Source of the DNA: a virus
Lineage: Duplodnaviria > Heunggongvirae > Uroviricota > Caudoviricetes
Strand: one strand, 5' to 3'
Virus record (IMG/VR): IMGVR_UViG_2563366826_000001
Length of the DNA: 46,738 nucleotides
The notes under the pieces are model-generated. The model saw only the letters and a program-made list of their open reading frames with translations. It was not told the origin of the DNA and did not search any database. How positions within the stretch are numbered: the stretch's first letter is position 1; each line of letters opens with the position of its first letter. Below are positions 9,201 through 17,403 of the stretch, in pieces. A program made the translations under genes and the position numbers.

Positions 9201-9222
9201 TAATTAAATTAGTCAGTTTTTT

Positions 9223-10029
9223 CTACTGTAACATAGAGGCAGCATTCAGCATCTTTTCGTAATATGAACGCATGTCTTCTTTGCTATATGCGTTGATAAG
9301 ATTATCAGCGTGTTTTTCCAGTAGATTTAGCTGCTGTTTTGCTGACTTTTCTTGTGCTGTCGTTTCAGCGGCAAAAATTACAAATGAATCAATATTTGAA
9401 TTGTATAATTCGTAGGCTTTAGTAATTGTTAAAACACTTATCGCAGCTTCACCCATTTGTTTTTTTATATTTTCAGAACGAAAATCTAATGTTTCTGTAA
9501 GATGGTATTTGCCATTTTTTAACAAAAAATCTGCAACTAACCCTTCTTCATTACTAATTGGATAATTAGCTACGATTTTATGTTGGGAAAGATCTTCAAA
9601 ATACTTACTGAAAATTCCATGTTGTATAAAGGTGGATTTTAATTCAGAAAAAACCTTTTTTTTCAACTGCTTATGTGGTTGTTTTTGTGGGTTTACTAAC
9701 CGATTCATTAGATCAGTAACTTTAGCTTCGTAATCTTCGTTGGCTTGAAGAGTGAACATGCCAAATGACGATAACGATAATGCTCCCTTAAAAAGACAAG
9801 GAAGAAGTTCAGCATTGTTGATTTTTTGTGACAAATCAAAAAGCGAGGTTGAAAGATCCTCTAAGTAATCTAAGGTAAGATCTTTGTCAATCGCTTTAAG
9901 TTTTGAAACTGAATTGAGCATACGTACGTCTATGTCAGAGTCATGGTAAACGATCAAACCAACGTTAATCGTTTCACCTTTCTCTAAGTTCGGTGTAACT
10001 CTGATTAAGCTGTATTTGAAAGTTTTCAA
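9223..10029 (-). CDS. DUF3037-like protein (268 aa), second gene of the cI-downstream module
   Basis: N-terminus MKTFKYSLIRVTPNLEKGETINVGLIVY resembles the DUF3037 N-terminal signature (from memory); TTG start overlapping upstream TGA (TTGA); AT-rich. Confidence 0.55.
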   Translation of the reverse strand: MKTFKYSLIRVTPNLEKGETINVGLIVYHDSDIDVRMLNSVSKLKAIDKDLTLDYLEDLSTSLFDLSQKINNAELLPCLFKGALSLSSFGMFTLQANEDYEAKVTDLMNRLVNPQKQPHKQLKKKVFSELKSTFIQHGIFSKYFEDLSQHKIVANYPISNEEGLVADFLLKNGKYHLTETLDFRSENIKKQMGEAAISVLTITKAYELYNSNIDSFVIFAAETTAQEKSAKQQLNLLEKHADNLINAYSKEDMRSYYEKMLNAASMLQ

Positions 10030-10874
10030 GATGTTATCTCCAGTCTTATGGCATTTAGCCTATCGATTCGCTCCTCGCTGTCCCACCACTTCAAAAAATA
10101 CTCCTTATGCATTGGTGGCATCCATGCTTCAGGCATAGAGTTAAGTATATCAGATATAGTCTCAACTCCAATTTTTTCAATTTTGTCAAGGACAGATAAT
10201 GCGCACTTTCTCAGATCATCAGTGTCGCCAATGAATTGTTTAGCAATCGTCCAGTTTGTTGTTGTACTGGAGTCTGTTGGTAGTATATGAGGGGTATTTC
10301 GTGGCCAGCCTATAACAAAAGAGCTTAGACTAAAATCGAATGTTTTAACTATAACATTGCCTCGGGTGTTTTCCATGTATAAGTAGTTGTTGAGGTGTCT
10401 GTCAATGTTATATACAAATTGATCAAATGCATAAATTGCCCAGAGTTGCTTCTTTAAGGATTCAGAAGCATTTGAGAGCAAATTTATCCATTGAGGACTA
10501 TTGAGACCAGATTTCCAGGCTGAAAACTCTATGCGAGAGCCAAAAACATACTCCCCATTAGCAATACACTTGAGAATTTTGCACACAGGTGTAGCGATGC
10601 CGCATTTTTCAGCTAAATTTGTGCAAAACCATTCCGCTGCCGGTACTTGAGTTGGGTTTTGTACAGGAAAAGGTGGGGTGGAACGCATGCTTTTAACTGC
10701 ATATTCCATTTCATCAGTGGCAATAGCGAAACCAGAAAGGTGTGCAGTGCCTAAGCTTGAAGGTGTATATTCATGAAATTCTAATTCAAACAAACTTCCT
10801 TGCTCTGGTTTCACTTCATCAGTGTTTGGCTCTTGTTCTTTCGTCATCAACTTTTTTCCCCAAATCGAAGACAT
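10026..10874 (-). CDS. Atypical kinase-like protein (282 aa) with PI3/4-kinase/HipA-type catalytic loop
   Basis: YNIDRHLNN (D158-R-H-x-x-N) followed 22 residues later by TFDFS, matching catalytic-loop/DFG-like spacing; AAGAGG RBS; AT-rich; 47 nt downstream of cI. Confidence 0.6.
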   Translation of the reverse strand: MSSIWGKKLMTKEQEPNTDEVKPEQGSLFELEFHEYTPSSLGTAHLSGFAIATDEMEYAVKSMRSTPPFPVQNPTQVPAAEWFCTNLAEKCGIATPVCKILKCIANGEYVFGSRIEFSAWKSGLNSPQWINLLSNASESLKKQLWAIYAFDQFVYNIDRHLNNYLYMENTRGNVIVKTFDFSLSSFVIGWPRNTPHILPTDSSTTTNWTIAKQFIGDTDDLRKCALSVLDKIEKIGVETISDILNSMPEAWMPPMHKEYFLKWWDSEERIDRLNAIRLEITS

Positions 10875-10920
10875 GCGGACCTCTTAAATTTGAACAACAT
10901 CATAATGATTAGCTAATCCG

Positions 10921-11613
10921 CTACCCATGCTTCCTATACGTCTGCGGCATGCTCCCAATAACCTTACCGAAGATGAACACCCGGTTCATCTCGTCTTTCT
11001 CGATCGGGTCCCACGGTGAGTAGCTCTTGTTATCAGAGATAACCAGCAGCTTATCCTTCATCATTTGCAGACGCTTTACATGGGCTGTGTCGTCGTACAG
11101 AAACGCATAGATACCATCACCGTCGAAAGATTTAACCGTGATATCAACGAACAGCAGATCACCTGGTTCGATCGTTCCTGACATGCTGTCACCACGCACG
11201 TTAATGATGCGGATATTTTCCGCCTTCCTGCCATCGAACATGTGACGAGCATCGTCAAACGAGTACTCAACCGAGCGTAGAACTTCTACAAACTCACGGT
11301 TGATTACACCCGGCCCGGCACTGACTTCTATATCAAGAACGTCAATTTTGAAGTATTTGGAATGGCTGACAGCAGGCTTCCCTGATTGTTGACCGTCATT
11401 TCTCATCGGGCCTATGCCTGATGAGAGCCATTCTGTTCGAACACCCAATGCATTAGCTATTTCAACAATTTTTGTTGAGCCGCGCGCGTTGCCGCTTGTC
11501 AGTCTCCAGATTGTGGGTTGAGCTACGCCAGACGCCTTTGCAAGAGCGCCTTGAGACATTCCAGATTGTTCCATCGCTAGGTTTAAGCGATCAGCAAGAG
11601 TTTCTTTTTTCAT
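10921..11613 (-). CDS. cI: CI-type prophage repressor (HTH + S24 LexA-like peptidase), about 230 aa from the ATG at 11613
   Basis: N-terminal HTH (LSQGALAKASGVAQPTIWRL), Ala-Gly cleavage site (SAGPG), GDSM serine and KR lysine motifs; divergent from cro; not lambda cI sequence. Confidence 0.85.
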   Translation of the reverse strand: MKKETLADRLNLAMEQSGMSQGALAKASGVAQPTIWRLTSGNARGSTKIVEIANALGVRTEWLSSGIGPMRNDGQQSGKPAVSHSKYFKIDVLDIEVSAGPGVINREFVEVLRSVEYSFDDARHMFDGRKAENIRIINVRGDSMSGTIEPGDLLFVDITVKSFDGDGIYAFLYDDTAHVKRLQMMKDKLLVISDNKSYSPWDPIEKDEMNRVFIFGKVIGSMPQTYRKHG

Positions 11614-11655
11614 AAGTTTTAATTTATACGCTTGCGTATTGATGGTCAAAACACG

Positions 11656-11715
11656 TTTTGCTATTGCTTGGGTTAATACGCATTGCTATTATTCATTCAT
11701 TGCAATACCAATAGG
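11656..11715. promoter_or_regulatory. Candidate oR operators with pRM/pR region (TTGCTATTG-type repeats)
   Basis: ttgctattgcttgg, cattgctattatt and caataccaatagg repeats between divergent cI and cro-like genes. Confidence 0.5.
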
Positions 11716-11723
11716 AATTGATA

Positions 11724-11951
11724 ATGACAAATCAAACCATTCAACTCGCAATCAGTATTACAGGTAGTCAAAAACGACTGGCAGATCTATGCGGTGTAGC
11801 CCAACCCACAGTTTGGCGTTGGCTACACGGTGGCGGAATTGATGCCCGCTATGTAATGAAAATTGTCTCAGCCACTGGTGGAAAGATTAAACCAGCAGAT
11901 ATTCGTCCCGACCTCGCACCATTGTTTAACGCGAGTAATTCTGCCGCCTAA
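11724..11951 (+). CDS. Cro-like HTH regulator (YdaS family), 75 aa
   Basis: MTNQTIQLAISITGSQKRLADLCGVAQPTVWRW; AGGAA RBS 6 nt upstream; the ORF-track start at 11718 is a TTG. Confidence 0.8.
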   Translation: MTNQTIQLAISITGSQKRLADLCGVAQPTVWRWLHGGGIDARYVMKIVSATGGKIKPADIRPDLAPLFNASNSAA

Positions 11952-11975
11952 ACTGCGGCGTTAACTGATAAGGCA

Positions 11976-12521
11976 ATGACTATGCAACCACTTACATACC
12001 AACAGACTAGCGGATTTAGCCCGACTGCGGTGATAAATCGTTCTCAAACAAAACAGGCGCCAGGCCACGAAAAAATCCGTGATGCCGTTCGCGCCTGGTC
12101 GGCTGCAGATAATCAGGATGTTGTTGCCGCACTCATTGTGAATGAGTATCGGGAGCAGGGCGGCGGCACCATCGATTTCCCTGATGATGTCAGTCGTGCA
12201 CGCCAGAAGCTGTTCCGCTTCCTCGATAACAAATTCGATTCTGAAAAATACCGAAATAACGTGCGTGAACTGACCCCGGCAATTCTGGCGGTACTACCGC
12301 TGGAATATCGCGGCCACCTGGTTGAGCAGGATAGCTACATGGCTCGGCTGGCTGAAATGGAAAAGGAACTCAGTGAGGCAAAACAGGCTGTCATTCTCAA
12401 CGCACCACGCCACCAGAAACTGAAGGAGATGAGTGAAGGCATTGTGTCGATGTTTCGTGTGGACCCGGATCTGGCTGGTCCACTGATGGCGATGGTCACC
12501 ACCATGCTGGGGGCAATATGA
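11976..12521 (+). CDS. YdaT-like protein in the cII position (181 aa), putative lysis-lysogeny regulator
   Basis: Position between cro-like gene and O; YdaT-like assignment from memory, tentative. Confidence 0.5.
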   Translation: MTMQPLTYQQTSGFSPTAVINRSQTKQAPGHEKIRDAVRAWSAADNQDVVAALIVNEYREQGGGTIDFPDDVSRARQKLFRFLDNKFDSEKYRNNVRELTPAILAVLPLEYRGHLVEQDSYMARLAEMEKELSEAKQAVILNAPRHQKLKEMSEGIVSMFRVDPDLAGPLMAMVTTMLGAI

Positions 12522-12607
12522 CAGGTTCGGAAATGGCGAAAGCCGGTCTGCGCGAACAGAACCGACTTTCAGGTGCAAATCGTAACACACTCATTGCGGG
12601 AGGAATT

Positions 12608-13537
12608 ATGGCAAACACTGCTGAGATATTCAATTTTCCAGTGCCGGATGAGGCACAAAAGGAGCGGCGCGTGGCAGATCTCGATGATGGTTATACGCGC
12701 ATTGCAAATGAGTTGCTGGAAGCTGTGATGCTGGCCGGATTAACACAGCACCAGCTTCTGGTCTTTCTGGCTGTCATGCGCAAAACATATGGCTTTAATA
12801 AAAAACAGGATTGGGTTAGCAACGAGCAACTTTCCGAATTAACCGGGATATTGCCGCACAAGTGTTCTGCTGCAAAAAGTGTTCTGGTAAAGCGTGGGAT
12901 TTTTATTCAGAGCGGGCGGAATATCGGCATTAATAATGTGGTCAGTGAATGGTCAACATTACCCGAATCAGGTAAGAAAAATAAAGTTTACCTGAAAGAG
13001 GTAAATTTACCTGAATCAGGTAAGAAAAGTTTACCCAAATCAGGTAAAGGCGTTTACCCGAATCAGGTAAACACAAAAGACAAACTAACAAAAGACAATA
13101 TAAAACCTTTTTCGTCCGAGAATTCTGGCGAATCCTCTGACCAACCAGAAAACGATCTTCCTGTGGTGAAACCAGATGCTGCAATTCAGAGCGGCAGCAA
13201 GTGGGGGACAGCAGAAGACCTGACCGCCGCAGAGTGGATGTTTGACATGGTGAAGACCATCGCGCCATCAGCCAGAAAACCGAATTTTGCAGGATGGGCT
13301 AACGATATCCGCCTGATGCGTGAACGTGACGGACGTAACCACCGCGACATGTGCGTGCTGTTCCGCTGGGCATGCCAGGACAACTTTTGGTCTGGTAACG
13401 TGCTGAGCCCGGCCAAACTTCGCGACAAGTGGACCCAACTCGAAATCAACCGTAACAAACAACAGGCTGGCGTGACAGCCGGAAAATCAAAACTCGACCT
13501 GACAAACACAGACTGGATTTACGGGGTGGATCTATGA
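12608..13537 (+). CDS. O: Replication initiator O (lambda O family), about 309 aa from ATG at 12608
   Basis: VADLDDGYTRIANELLEA...LAVMRKTYGFNK resembles lambda O N-domain; C-terminal P-interaction domain conserved; contains ori iterons. Confidence 0.9.
   Translation: MANTAEIFNFPVPDEAQKERRVADLDDGYTRIANELLEAVMLAGLTQHQLLVFLAVMRKTYGFNKKQDWVSNEQLSELTGILPHKCSAAKSVLVKRGIFIQSGRNIGINNVVSEWSTLPESGKKNKVYLKEVNLPESGKKSLPKSGKGVYPNQVNTKDKLTKDNIKPFSSENSGESSDQPENDLPVVKPDAAIQSGSKWGTAEDLTAAEWMFDMVKTIAPSARKPNFAGWANDIRLMRERDGRNHRDMCVLFRWACQDNFWSGNVLSPAKLRDKWTQLEINRNKQQAGVTAGKSKLDLTNTDWIYGVDL
12958..13110. repeat. ori: Replication origin inside O: five about 19-bp iterons (TTTACCNGAATCAGGTAAA type) followed by an A/T-rich tract
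   Basis: Direct repeats at about 12958-13071 then an AT-rich stretch, same architecture as lambda ori but different iteron sequence. Confidence 0.75.
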
Positions 13538-14235
13538 AAAACATCGCCGCACAGATGATTAACTTTGACCGTGAGCAGATGCGTCGGATCGCCAACAACA
13601 TGCCGGAACAGTACGACGAAAAGCCGCAGGTACAGCAGGTAGCGCAGATCATCAACGGTGTATTCAGCCAGTTGCTGGCAACTTTCCCTGCGAGCCTGGC
13701 TAACCGTGACCAGAACGAACTGAACGAAATTCGCCGCCAGTGGGTTCTGGCTTTCCGGGAAAACGGGATCACCACAATGGAACAGGTTAACGCTGGAATG
13801 CGCGTAGCCCGTCGGCAGAATCGACCATTCCTGCCATCACCCGGGCAGTTTGTCGCCTGGTGCCGGGAAGAAGCATCCGTTACCGCCGGGCTGCCAAACG
13901 CCAGCGAGCTGGTTGATATGGTTTACGAGTATTGCCGGAAGCGCGGGCTGTATCCGGATGCAGAGTCTTATCCGTGGAAATCAAACGCGCACTACTGGCT
14001 GGTTACCAACCTGTATCAGAACATGCGGGCCAATGCGTTGACTGACGCGGAATTACGGCGCAAGGCTGCCGATGAACTGTCCTGTATGACCGCACGAATT
14101 AACCGTGGTGAGGCTATACCTGAACCAGTAAAACAACTTCCTGTCATGGGCGGTAGACCACTTAACCGGGCTCAGGCTCTGGCGAAGATCGCAGAAATCA
14201 AAGCTAAGTTCGGACTGAAAGGAGCCAGTGTATGA
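13534..14235 (+). CDS. P: Replication protein P (DnaB helicase loader), 233 aa
   Basis: MKNIAAQMINFDREQMRRIANNMPEQYDEKPQVQQVAQIINGVF matches lambda P. Confidence 0.96.
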   Translation: MKNIAAQMINFDREQMRRIANNMPEQYDEKPQVQQVAQIINGVFSQLLATFPASLANRDQNELNEIRRQWVLAFRENGITTMEQVNAGMRVARRQNRPFLPSPGQFVAWCREEASVTAGLPNASELVDMVYEYCRKRGLYPDAESYPWKSNAHYWLVTNLYQNMRANALTDAELRRKAADELSCMTARINRGEAIPEPVKQLPVMGGRPLNRAQALAKIAEIKAKFGLKGASV

Positions 14236-14525
14236 CAGGCAAAGAGGCAATTCTTCACTACCTGAAAACGCACCGGACTTTCTGCGCGCCGGATGTAGCT
14301 GCGGCAACAGGCGTGACTGTAACCAGCATCAATCAGGCAGCAGCCAAAATGGCACGGGCAGGAATCCTGGTCGTTGATGGCAAGGTCTGGCGAAAGGTGT
14401 ATTACCGGTTCGCTACCAGGGAGGAGCGGGAAGGAAAGGTGAGCACGAACCTGATTTTCAAGGAGTGTCGCCAGAGTGCCGTGATGAAACGGGTATTGAT
14501 GTTTTTGGGGGGGGTAGGGGTATAA
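14232..14525 (+). CDS. ren: Ren (97 aa)
   Basis: MTGKEAILHYLKTHRTFCAPDVAAATGVTVTSINQAAAKMARAGILVV matches lambda Ren. Confidence 0.9.
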   Translation: MTGKEAILHYLKTHRTFCAPDVAAATGVTVTSINQAAAKMARAGILVVDGKVWRKVYYRFATREEREGKVSTNLIFKECRQSAVMKRVLMFLGGVGV

Positions 14526-14813
14526 GCGAAACGTTATGAGTGTGTGGGTATTCGTGCCATTGCGATGTGGTAGAGAGTGCTGAGGGCGTCATGGTTGTGT
14601 TGCGAAGACTACGTTGCACTTGAGCAGGATCTTGCAGAATTTGAGCGCGAGTTCCGTGTTGCTGATGCGACTATACCCTCGATGTAGAGGAACTTAATTA
14701 GCTGATTGTAATTCAATATGCCTACTAAGACCGGTTGGGTATGAACTAGTAAAGGCTGCAAAATCCTATAGAGTGTTAACGCAACCAAAAACGTTAAGCA
14801 CGGAGAAAAAAAC

Positions 14814-15566
14814 ATGGATCCTAAATTACTGTATGCCACGTTTAAACGAAATGACGCACCAGCTTGGCGCTGCCCGAACTGTATGAATGAAACACTGGAG
14901 ATTGTCGCTGATAGTTTTGTAGAAACTGATTCAAGCGCAACAACTCAGTTTAGAGATGAAGTATGGTTTGATGAGGAAATGTCGGGAGGAGTATTCAGTT
15001 GCGTGCTGCGCTGTACCCGCCAAGCCTGTCAGGAGAATGTTGCTTTGTCTGGGCAGGTTGTTGCTGTAGAATGCTTCAATGACGAAATGACGGAGCGTTG
15101 GTATGTTTCTGGTTTCCGTCCTAAGTATTTCTATCCACCACTTCCTCTATTCCTGTTTCCTGAAAAGTGCCCTGAAGATATAGCTGATCTCTTGGCGGAA
15201 GTATCAGCTCTGATCCCCTCGCACCCAGCTTCAGCGGTGAACACCATGAGAACCATACTGGAGATGATGCTTGATAGTCTTGATGTACCAAGAGAGAAAA
15301 CAGTTAAAGGCAAGATAATACGTCTTTCTACGCATGAAAGAATCACAAATTATTCAGATAAACTGGGATCAAATAAAGATGCATTCATGGCGTTAAAGTG
15401 GTTGGGGAATCACGGCAGTCATGGAGGGATTAAAGTCACAAGGTCCTCTATTAATGATGCCTGTATTCTCATTGGTCATTTGATTGACTTCTTATTCTTA
15501 GAAAGCCCGGATGTAACTATTCATATTGAACGGATAAACAACGTGTATGCACCCAAAAAGGAGTAA
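14814..15566 (+). CDS. Zinc-ribbon protein with C-terminal DUF4145/HEPN-like domain (250 aa)
   Basis: Cys clusters C20-x2-C23 and C63/C67-x3-C71; C-terminal LKWLGNHGSHGG motif (GNxxxHG); AT-rich insertion between ren and ninB. Confidence 0.55.
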   Translation: MDPKLLYATFKRNDAPAWRCPNCMNETLEIVADSFVETDSSATTQFRDEVWFDEEMSGGVFSCVLRCTRQACQENVALSGQVVAVECFNDEMTERWYVSGFRPKYFYPPLPLFLFPEKCPEDIADLLAEVSALIPSHPASAVNTMRTILEMMLDSLDVPREKTVKGKIIRLSTHERITNYSDKLGSNKDAFMALKWLGNHGSHGGIKVTRSSINDACILIGHLIDFLFLESPDVTIHIERINNVYAPKKE

Positions 15567-15577
15567 AACGTAACGCC

Positions 15578-15826
15578 ATGTCGAAGCGGAATATTGCCGC
15601 TAAAACACAAGAAGAGCGCGAGAAGGTTAACGTTGACCTTGCTGTCTCCTGAGTTACCTACAAAGAGCGCCTTAATATACCGGTTATTGCCGAAGCGGTG
15701 ATGCGTGAGCAGCCTGAGCATTTGCGGGACTATTTTTTGGAGCGGCCACGACATTACCGCGAGCAGAGCATCGCGCTGCCCAAGGCATCCGCTCCTCGAC
15801 ATCTTAAGCAGGAAGGTGAAAAATGA
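15578..15826 (+). pseudogene. Small ORF interrupted by in-frame TGA (24 aa + TGA at 15650-15652 + 57 aa); alternatively a 41-aa protein from ATG 15701; ATGA-coupled to downstream gene
   Basis: Manual translation [84 protein letters not shown]. Confidence 0.3.
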
Positions 15827-16305
15827 TAAGTGCAGAAGGACTGCAGCGGTTACTTAATTTATCGGAGCCTCCATCTGATGAACTGATTGATGTTTATCTT
15901 CAATTCTGCATGATTTTTCCTAGGGTCGAGCAAAGTTTTTTTGGTGGCTTTGCTAAGGGGGAAGACAGTTTAAATTATGCGCGAACGTTACTTGACGCCG
16001 GGATAAAGGTGCCCAACGAACTTTTTCACGATTTTAAGCAGAGATACATTTTGAACGGGGATGCGCAGGAAAGACTTGACGCCCTCTGTGTCGGTCGAGA
16101 GAGAGATAGGCGGGGAATAGTTAATGGACTTCAAAATGACGCAGCAACAGATCTAAACACCATGTCTACAGTATTAAAGATAGTTATAAGGATAAGAAAT
16201 AACCTTTTCCACGGAAATAAAGACGCTTATCTTTTTGTTGATTCTCAAGAGCAAGCGCAACTATTGAGGTGGTGCGTGAGATTTCTCCAAGGATTATTAA
16301 ATTAA
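15823..16305 (+). CDS. HEPN-motif protein (160 aa), putative RNase/toxin
   Basis: R125-NNLF-H130-G (RIRNNLFHG, nt about 16189-16215) matches the Rx4-6H HEPN signature; start overlaps upstream ORF stop. Confidence 0.6.
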   Translation: MISAEGLQRLLNLSEPPSDELIDVYLQFCMIFPRVEQSFFGGFAKGEDSLNYARTLLDAGIKVPNELFHDFKQRYILNGDAQERLDALCVGRERDRRGIVNGLQNDAATDLNTMSTVLKIVIRIRNNLFHGNKDAYLFVDSQEQAQLLRWCVRFLQGLLN

Positions 16306-16494
16306 TCTACCTTTGATTTTCCATAATCAACCAGCAATAATAATGTCACCGGAGCCTGAACAACATCGGTGACTTCTGCGCTAAACGGGGACGTTTATGC
16401 GCACATACAATCTAAACTCTCTTTTGCTGTCACAGATGCAGAAATGCACCTGCGATTTTTTGCATCCAGCGTTTGACCTCTGCGGAGGTGAAGC

Positions 16495-16950
16495 GTGAAC
16501 CTCCCACAAGACGGCATCAAATTACATCGCGGCAACTTCACCGCTATCGGCCAGCAGATCCAGCCTTATCTGGAGGAAGGCAAATGCTTTCGCATGGTGC
16601 TTAAACCGTGGCGCGAGAGACGCAGTCTTTCCCAGAATGCACTCAGCCACATGTGGTACAGCGAAATCAGTGAATACCTCATCAGCAGGGGTAAAACGTT
16701 CGCCACTCCAGCTTGGGTAAAAGATGCTCTCAAACACACATATCTCGGTTATGAAACCAAAGACCTGGTTGATGTCGTAACCGGTGATATCACCACTATC
16801 CAGTCGTTACGCCATACCTCCGATCTTGATACCGGAGAGATGTATGTCTTCCTGTGTAAGGTTGAAGCCTGGGCGATGAATATTGGCTGCCACCTGACTA
16901 TTCCGCCGAGCTGCGAGTTCCAGCTGCTGCGCGATAAGCAGGAGGCGTAA
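16495..16950 (+). CDS. ninB: NinB-family recombination protein (151 aa), GTG start
   Basis: [20 protein letters not shown] matches the NinB RSLxQN signature; GGAGG RBS; precedes ninE. Confidence 0.75.
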   Translation: MNLPQDGIKLHRGNFTAIGQQIQPYLEEGKCFRMVLKPWRERRSLSQNALSHMWYSEISEYLISRGKTFATPAWVKDALKHTYLGYETKDLVDVVTGDITTIQSLRHTSDLDTGEMYVFLCKVEAWAMNIGCHLTIPPSCEFQLLRDKQEA

Positions 16951-17120
16951 TGGCTACACCGCTTATTCGTGTCATGAACGGGCACATTTACAGAGTACCA
17001 AATCGTCGTAAGCGTAAACCTGAGCTGAAGCCTTCCGAAATACCAACACTGCTCGGATATACCGCCAGCCTGGTTGATAAAAAATGGTTGCGACTGGCAG
17101 CAAGGAGGAATCATGGCTGA
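16950..17120 (+). CDS. ninE: NinE-like small protein (56 aa)
   Basis: Manual translation [56 protein letters not shown]; basic, NinE-sized, at the NinE position. Confidence 0.65.
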   Translation: MATPLIRVMNGHIYRVPNRRKRKPELKPSEIPTLLGYTASLVDKKWLRLAARRNHG

Positions 17121-17403
17121 TTTGAGAAAAGCAGCGCGTGGTCGGGAATGCCAGGTAAGAATCCCTGGCGTATGTAATGGCAACCCTGAAACGTCTGTAC
17201 TGGCACATATCCGGCTGACTGGATTGTGCGGCACCGGTACCAAACCGCCAGACCTGATTGCCACCATTGCATGTTCTGCCTGCCACGACGAAATCGACCG
17301 CCGCACACATTTTGTCGATGCTGCATATGCAAAAGAATGCGCGCTGGAAGGTATGGCGAGAACACAGGTTATCTGGCTGAAAGAGGGGGTTATTAAGGCG
17401 TGA
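17113..17403 (+). CDS. ybcO: DLP12 YbcO-like putative nuclease (DUF1364), 96 aa
   Basis: [37 protein letters not shown]... matches DLP12 ybcO from memory. Confidence 0.8.
   Translation: MADLRKAARGRECQVRIPGVCNGNPETSVLAHIRLTGLCGTGTKPPDLIATIACSACHDEIDRRTHFVDAAYAKECALEGMARTQVIWLKEGVIKA

Noticed and set aside
10921-11649. Longer 242-aa form of cI starting at 11649
   Set aside because: The codon at 11647-11649 is TTG with no RBS and would start inside the operator region; the ATG at 11613 giving about 230 aa is more plausible. The 136-aa form of 8516-8926 was rejected for the same reason (TTG start).
12958-13071. Possible CRISPR array (regularly spaced direct repeats)
   Set aside because: Repeats are about 19 bp with very short, unequal spacers, lie inside the O coding sequence and are followed by an AT-rich tract; they are replication-origin iterons, not CRISPR repeats. 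No cas genes are present.
16749-17310. Minus-strand ORFs antisense to ninB/ninE/ybcO
   Set aside because: Overlap the coupled nin gene string on the other strand; no independent support.
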